This document shows positions 31,538-37,419 of a stretch of DNA of 37,419 nt, in pieces (within the stretch, counting starts at the first letter, position 1; each line of letters opens with the position of its first letter). The position numbers were made by a program, and so were the translations under genes. Source of the stretch: Bigelowiella natans CCMP2755. Its lineage: Eukaryota > Protista > Cercozoa. Under the pieces are notes generated by a model. The model saw nothing but the letters and a program-made list of their open reading frames with translations, did no database searches and was not told the origin of the DNA. The stretch is taken from NCBI GenBank assembly GCA_000320545.1, contig ADNK01001436.1, forward strand, positions 1 through 37,419. The letters are read 5' to 3'.

Positions 31538-33780
31538 ATGGCCGCCACTGATTTTGACTACGAGAGCTGGGTGAGCCGGACGCTTCATCCAGAGGATGCG
31601 CAGGCCTTCGCTGAACTTCTTCAGGGAAATCCCGAATATGATGATCTGATGCAGGTATTTATTACGCCGTCTTTTTTTTCAAGGCTGCGTCTCCTTCTCT
31701 CTACTAATGGCCATTTTGAAAACGCAGATTCAAGAGGCCCATCTCACCGAAATGAAGGCGGCTACTGCAGGTGCTTTGTGGCAAAGATGGCGCGCAGAAC
31801 AAACATCACGCGCCCTCGCTCTCGCTCGCGCTCTCTCTCTCCTTCTCTATCGCTTTCATCATTCCTTCTTCCTAATCACATTTCCACAGCTATTTGGAGA
31901 GTTAAGTACACATTTTTTGGATATGTATTATGGGATTCTTTTAAAGTTATCGTTGCCGACTTCATTGTAAGACCGTCTTCGCTGTTCTCATCATAGCATG
32001 AATGGTAAAATGACATAATCCAGGTGCTGGCAGTCGCGTCTGGAGCGCTGTGCGCGCCCTTCAGATTGAAAGTAAGATGAAGCGACTCGAAAATGAGAAC
32101 GCCCGCCTAATGGACTCCGTTCGCAAGCTCAAAGAAGGAGCGGAAGAGAAGATGGAACAGAAGGTGGGACGAGGGTCTTCGTCAGTCCTGCCGCCTTCTT
32201 CAGCTTCCCCATCTCAAACTCTGGGAAGTGGTATTCTTACCGATAATAGCAGTGATGGTGATACGTGGGAGGAGGACTTCAGACGTCTGGAGGGTAACAA
32301 AGAGACGAACACCTCAGAAAACACACGACAAACACGCATGCCCCTCCACATTGCTGCATTATTAATTAACTACGCGGTGAAAAATAGATGAGACTGCTGC
32401 TACTCCAAACGGTAATTATTGCGTTTTGCACCATATGTTCCGTAAGGTGTGCTGCATGAGCTTCGCCGAATGAACGCTGAGTATAATCTCGCCGACAGCC
32501 AAGGCATTAAGAAGGAGGACGACGGTAAAATCTAGTTGGTAGTTCTTCTTGCATATCATGCCTCCCATACGCGCAAATATCTTAATACCATCACATTCAT
32601 GATCGCGTGTGCATAGAGCCACAGCTAACAATACTGCGAAGTCTTTTTGTTTCCGTCCTGACGTTGAGGTCGTTCTCGATTGTGTATTGTGCCTCTGGAA
32701 TGTTACGGTGGTCCTGCCCGCGGCTAGGAATGAAAGGAGATAGCAAGCAGTTAGCAGAAGCACCAAAAGCAGCAGCAGCAACAACAACAGCGGTTTCAGC
32801 CTCATCATCAGCAGCAGGAGCAGCGACGACGACCCCGAAACGCACTACCCCTCCTGATCAGGAGCAAGAAGAGGAAGCTGCAGGAAGAGAAGGAGAAAGA
32901 GCTGTTGTCCCCACCAACATTGACAATTACGAGGAAGGAAAGCAGGGGAAAGAAGATGATGCAAAGACCCTCAACTTCAACAATGATGGAGCAGCCAACA
33001 ACGTCGAAGGGACGAATGATGGTGGTGGTATCGCAAGCAATGAGGGGGAAGGAGACCAAGCAGGGCAGCTGAAGAAGGAGGAGGAGGAGGAGGAGGACTT
33101 GAGCCAGTACATCCTGGGATATGGTGGTGATGATGATGACGATAATGCACAGAAGAAGGATGATCAGCAGCAGAAACAAGAAAAAGGGGCCAAAGACGAG
33201 GAGGATGAGGAGGATCTCAGTATGTATATACTGGGCGGCGGTGATGACGATGAAGAGAAGGTATGAATTAATTTTGCACACAAGTCGTGTGCTTCCTGCC
33301 ACTCATTAGATCCCCTCTCATATATTGCGTCTCTTCTCTTCCTCCTCCTCCCGTAGCTAAATCCTGAGGACTTCAAAGTGAAGCAGAAGGAGGGGGAAAC
33401 CATCGTCAGGAAGCCAGGGTAGCTTTCTTCACCGTGCTGTATGCATATTGTATGTGAATGCGTCATGTGTGTTTGTCTGCAACTTGCTGTGAAATTCGTA
33501 TTGTTATTTGGTGGGCAGTGAGATTAAGGGCCAGTCATTTACCATCCAAGACCTAAAGGTGAAAGATGCATCTTCCCCTCGTCTACGTACACACACATGC
33601 AAATACAAACACATACACACACACACACGCGCGCGCGCTCATATGTGTGTTAATAGCTTCGTGCGTTGCGTGTACGCTTTTTTATAGAACTGCACGGTGG
33701 CACTTTTCGACAACAGCGCACAGGTCCTAGAATGATTATTCAGATCAAAACTCTGGGGGGGGGGGGGATCGAAACGAACA

Positions 33781-33817
<37 letters not shown>

Positions 33818-34983
33818 ATACACATACACATATATCTATGGATTCGAATCCTTATTATGATGCTGTAGGGCTTACGATAACTACTACTACAGGTGCAGAT
33901 AGATGACTGCGTTAACTGCAAGATCTTCATTGGTCCATGCGAATCGAGGTAATAGTAGTAGTAGTAGTAGCAGTAGCAGTAGTTGTGGTAAAGTAGTTCT
34001 AGTAGGGCCGAACGCTCCTGAATCAGACATGATTCCATCAAATTTTAAACCACGTACGAGCACGCCCACCATCGTCGCATTGATCTATTTATCCCCTTCA
34101 GTGTATTCATTCGCACGTGCAAGGACTGTCAGCTTGTTGTCTCCTGCGCTCAGTTCCGGTAAGAGTAGCAGCAGCAGCAGCAGCATTCTTGACACCAGTG
34201 TTGCTCTTTGAACAACTGGTTAAGTATGGTGGATAGTAGGGGGTGGGGGGGGGGGAGGGTGTGTCTTTAAACGGGCACTGTGCTGAGCCATGATGGGAGA
34301 ATGGGAAAGGCGATGATATTAATAATGGTGCGTGCTCTGCTTACGATGCAACACCCTATCCGTACCGAAGCATCATTCACATGCGGCACTGCACGGTGCT
34401 GCCTCCCTTCTTCCTCTGCCAATGCAGGGCGCGCGATTGCACGAATATGGACGTGTTGCTGCATGTGGGACGCGGTCAGCCGATCATCGAGACGAGGTCT
34501 GCATAAAATAGCGATTGTGAAAAGGGGGGGGGGGGGGTGGTATGCTGTGTGGATTAGGGTGCATGATTACATTCTCCTCCTCTCTTTCCTCCGCCTCCTT
34601 GTCTTCTCTTTGCTCCTCCTCCCCATCTTTCTCGACTCACAGCTCGGATATTCGCTTTGGACCGTTCCACGGATCGTATGCCGAATTAAAGGGTGCAAGC
34701 AACAACACACCCGAAGACTAGAAGAGAGAGAGAGAGAGGGGGGGGGGGAGAGAGCGAGAGAGGCGAGGAAACATCATAAAGATGCATACCTGCATGTCTA
34801 TCCACTTTAACGTAAAACACAAGCAGACACATGAATACACGAATACACACACACTCTAGTAAGAGTGATTTCTTTCTTCCTCCTCTCAAATTTGTCCTGC
34901 TTCTACTTTCTCAGGGCAGCTTGCAAGCGCTAGTATGAGTGCGTGGGATACGGAATGGTAGTAGATGCGTCGTCTGTTTTACA

Positions 34984-35055
<72 letters not shown>

Positions 35056-35270
35056 GGTGTGCCCCGTCAATACGATTAACACTAATGAGAACCATCATCA
35101 ACATCATCGTCATCGTCATCATCATCATCATCAGGACAAATGTGCACGACTTCAATTCTCCTGGCAGCGGTGAGAAGCCTCACTGGAGCTATCTTCCGAG
35201 TGACAAGGTGACAGCAGCACCGTTATTATTCGCAGTAGTCAGCAACAAAGAGACTTGCTCCGAAGAACAA

Positions 35271-35311
<41 letters not shown>

Positions 35312-35634
35312 CTAGTATATTGTATCTTCTCTTATAATCATAGCTTAGATGACAGCCTACTTCTTTCCCTTCCCTTCACACTATATTCCGTCTCTCCCCT
35401 CCCTCTCCTTCTCTCCCCCTCTCCCCTCCTCTTTTTCACGGAACAGGCGACGTCCGAGGCCCTTCTTGGAAGGAAAATAGGCGCCATTTGCGCAGATATA
35501 GTGCGTTGATTCTTCATATTCCTACTGCTGCTGCTGCTGCTGTCTCTTTCCCAACCCGCCACAATCACCGATATACTTGTACTGGGGGAAGGAGTGATGA
35601 ATCAGACAAAATAATCAATCAATAGCGATAAAAT

Positions 35635-35679
<45 letters not shown>

Positions 35680-36421
35680 TGAAGTAGCTTTGTACTCTCC
35701 TCCTCCCTCGAAAGTTTGTGCATAAAATGACAGCTCCTTGCTTTCTGCTGTTTCTTCTAGACGCCGTTATCGTCGGATCTCATTCCTCGCACTTGGGGCA
35801 CAAAAGGGTATGTATGCATGCGGTAGCTTACGTCAGTATAGCCGCGCGCGCGCGCGTGTGTGTGTGTTTGTGCTTCAACGTCTCTCTCTCTCCGAATCCT
35901 CCTTTAGTCCTTATAAGATTACTGAAATATTCGTTTTCTCTTCTCCATTAGCCTCAGCGGAAAGGCAGAAGGGGAGGTAGAGTACGGATTCTTGCTGCTA
36001 GGGGGCGATACGCCGGAGGAGCTTGGCAATCAACTCTTGGAATGGCTTGCAGAGCAAGGTGGGTGGGGGCAGGACAACGGAGGAGGGAGGAATGCAATGC
36101 TGCCTCCTATCTCACTGTTATGGCGTTTCCCCCTCCGTATTTCATTTTTGACTGTCCTCTCCCCCCTCCCTCCGTTGTGTGCACACCGTTGTAGAGTCGA
36201 AGGAAGGCAGCGCATTGCCGAAGCTGCTTCGATCTCGGAGGAAAGAGGTTCTACATCCGCGGTTTGCGTATTCATCCGCAAATGCCCTGCTTCGCACGCG
36301 AGACGCTGCAAGCGATACGGCCTGCCCCACCCCCGCACCCTTATGTCGATCATTACTTTTTCTGAAGAGATGTATCTTCGTCATGCGGATATATGTGTTA
36401 AGTATGTGTGTTAAGCGAGAT

Positions 36422-36466
<45 letters not shown>

Positions 36467-36876
36467 ATTGTATGTGTGTTTTTCCAAAAAAAAAAGGGCG
36501 TTAATGTGATGTATATTACCTTATCTGTGCAATGATCGACGACAAGCGATGAAGATGTCATTACTACCTACTCGTCGTGTAACAGATGAGCAGAGCAGAG
36601 CTGGACTCATACTCTAAGCTTGCCGGGTCACTCCTCAACGAAGCCATCAAGCCAGGTCAGGAGAATAGGAAAGCGGGGGAGGGGGGGGGCAATTGCTGTT
36701 GCCTACAAATCCTCTGCTATTACCGCTCAAATAGTAGTGATATTATAAAGTTAATACTAATTGTACGTGTGGTGGCAGGTGTGTTGATTGGCTTGGAGTT
36801 TGCTTACCAAAAGCAGCCGCAGGATGATGAGGATAAGGAAGAAGAGGCAGAGGCATGTGCGCCACTACTCTCAAAG
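31538..36876 (+). CDS. RP2: RP2/XRP2-like ARL3 GTPase-activating protein (TBCC domain + NDPK-like region) with long N-terminal extension; many small exons; 3' end not found
   Basis: Spliced: LNPEDFKVKQKEGETIVRKPG|EIKGQSFTIQDLK|NCTVALFDNSAQ|VQIDDCVNCKIFIGPCES|SVFIRTCKDCQLVVSCAQFR|ARDCTNMDVLLH..QPIIET|SSDIRFGPF..Y.EL...W|TNVHDF...HWSYLP...VLIGLEF, collinear with human RP2. Joining the 31538-33260 exons to this core is frame-compatible but inferred. Confidence 0.85.
34988..35052. repeat. Compound (CT)n(GT)n microsatellite in intron
   Basis: Read directly from the sequence. Confidence 0.95.
35639..35677. repeat. (GA)n microsatellite in intron
   Basis: Read directly from the sequence. Confidence 0.95.
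36425..36462. repeat. (GA)n microsatellite in intron
   Basis: Read directly from the sequence. Confidence 0.95.
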
Positions 36877-37292
36877 GTGCATCTCTTTACGCTGTGTAGC
36901 ATTTTTGTAAGCACCGAACGAATGCGAAACGTGCGTGCATGCGTGTTGCGTGAAATATGAAAAAAATTATGAATTCGGCAATCGTCAATTCGAATCTGCA
37001 CTTACCATGCCTTTTCCACAACGCAATTAGTGTTTAATCAATACTACAAGTACTGTCTCTCCTGCTTTCTCATCGGGATTACATATATATGAGTAGGTTA
37101 TGTTCGGAGAGGCTGCTATAGCTGCTCCTGATAGCGCCTCTGCAAAGAAGATGGCTACTGAATTCTTCGGAGTAAGTCCTGCTTTGGGGTAGCTTGGGGG
37201 GTGTCCACTGAGAAAAATGAGAACAAGTGTAACAACAACGGGGGGGGGGGGTCCGAAGGGAGGCAATTCTGATCTTTCGTTCTCCACCCCCC

Positions 37293-37419
37293 GAGGAGGA
37301 GCACCTTCGCAGGCTCCGCCGGTACCGGGGAGGGGTTTTCAGAAACCAGATGCAGGCGGAGAGGCGTTGGAGAACTTCTCCAGGTTGACTACTAAGACGT
37401 GGGCCGCCGAAAGCAAGAA
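37293..37419 (+). mobile_element. Degraded gag fragment of the same LTR-retrotransposon family, inverted relative to the left-edge copy
   Basis: Aligns by eye to the reverse complement of 566-692 (shared CAGATGCAG, TGGAGAACTTCT, CCGCCGAAAGCAAGAA), with substitutions and small indels. Confidence 0.75.

Noticed and set aside
37027-37287. 86-aa minus-strand ORF near the right edge
   Set aside because: No recognisable motif, and it spans a G-run junction in possibly low-quality sequence; left unassigned.

Overview
Gene-dense, intron-rich eukaryotic nuclear DNA with GT-AG introns. It is probably from a flagellated protist; a chlorarachniophyte-like genome is my guess and cannot be shown from the sequence. 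Left to right: the 5' end of an LTR retrotransposon on the minus strand (LTR, PBS, open gag), then a ~575-bp tract with no TpA dinucleotide. Next come a Na+/K+-ATPase alpha subunit (+), a zf-4CXXC_R1-like zinc-finger gene (-), a sterol desaturase/fatty-acid hydroxylase family gene (+), an Arf GTPase pseudogene (-), a large ARM-HECT E3 ligase of the UFD4/TRIP12/UPL3 type (+), transaldolase (-) and a membrane-anchored nucleoside deaminase (+). These are followed by head-to-head U2 (-) and U6 (+) snRNA genes, an RP2/XRP2-like TBCC gene with an unusual N-terminus (+, 3'-incomplete), and an inverted, degraded gag fragment at the right edge. The strongest leads are: an apparent TpA->TpG/CpA hypermutation signature that seems to spare CTAG; the divergent U2/U6 pair with shared positioned upstream motifs; and strict strand alternation with distinct motifs in convergent (TAGACA/CTAG) versus divergent (GGAAATCC) spacers. 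Gene models were spliced by eye, so exon boundaries and some start codons are approximate.
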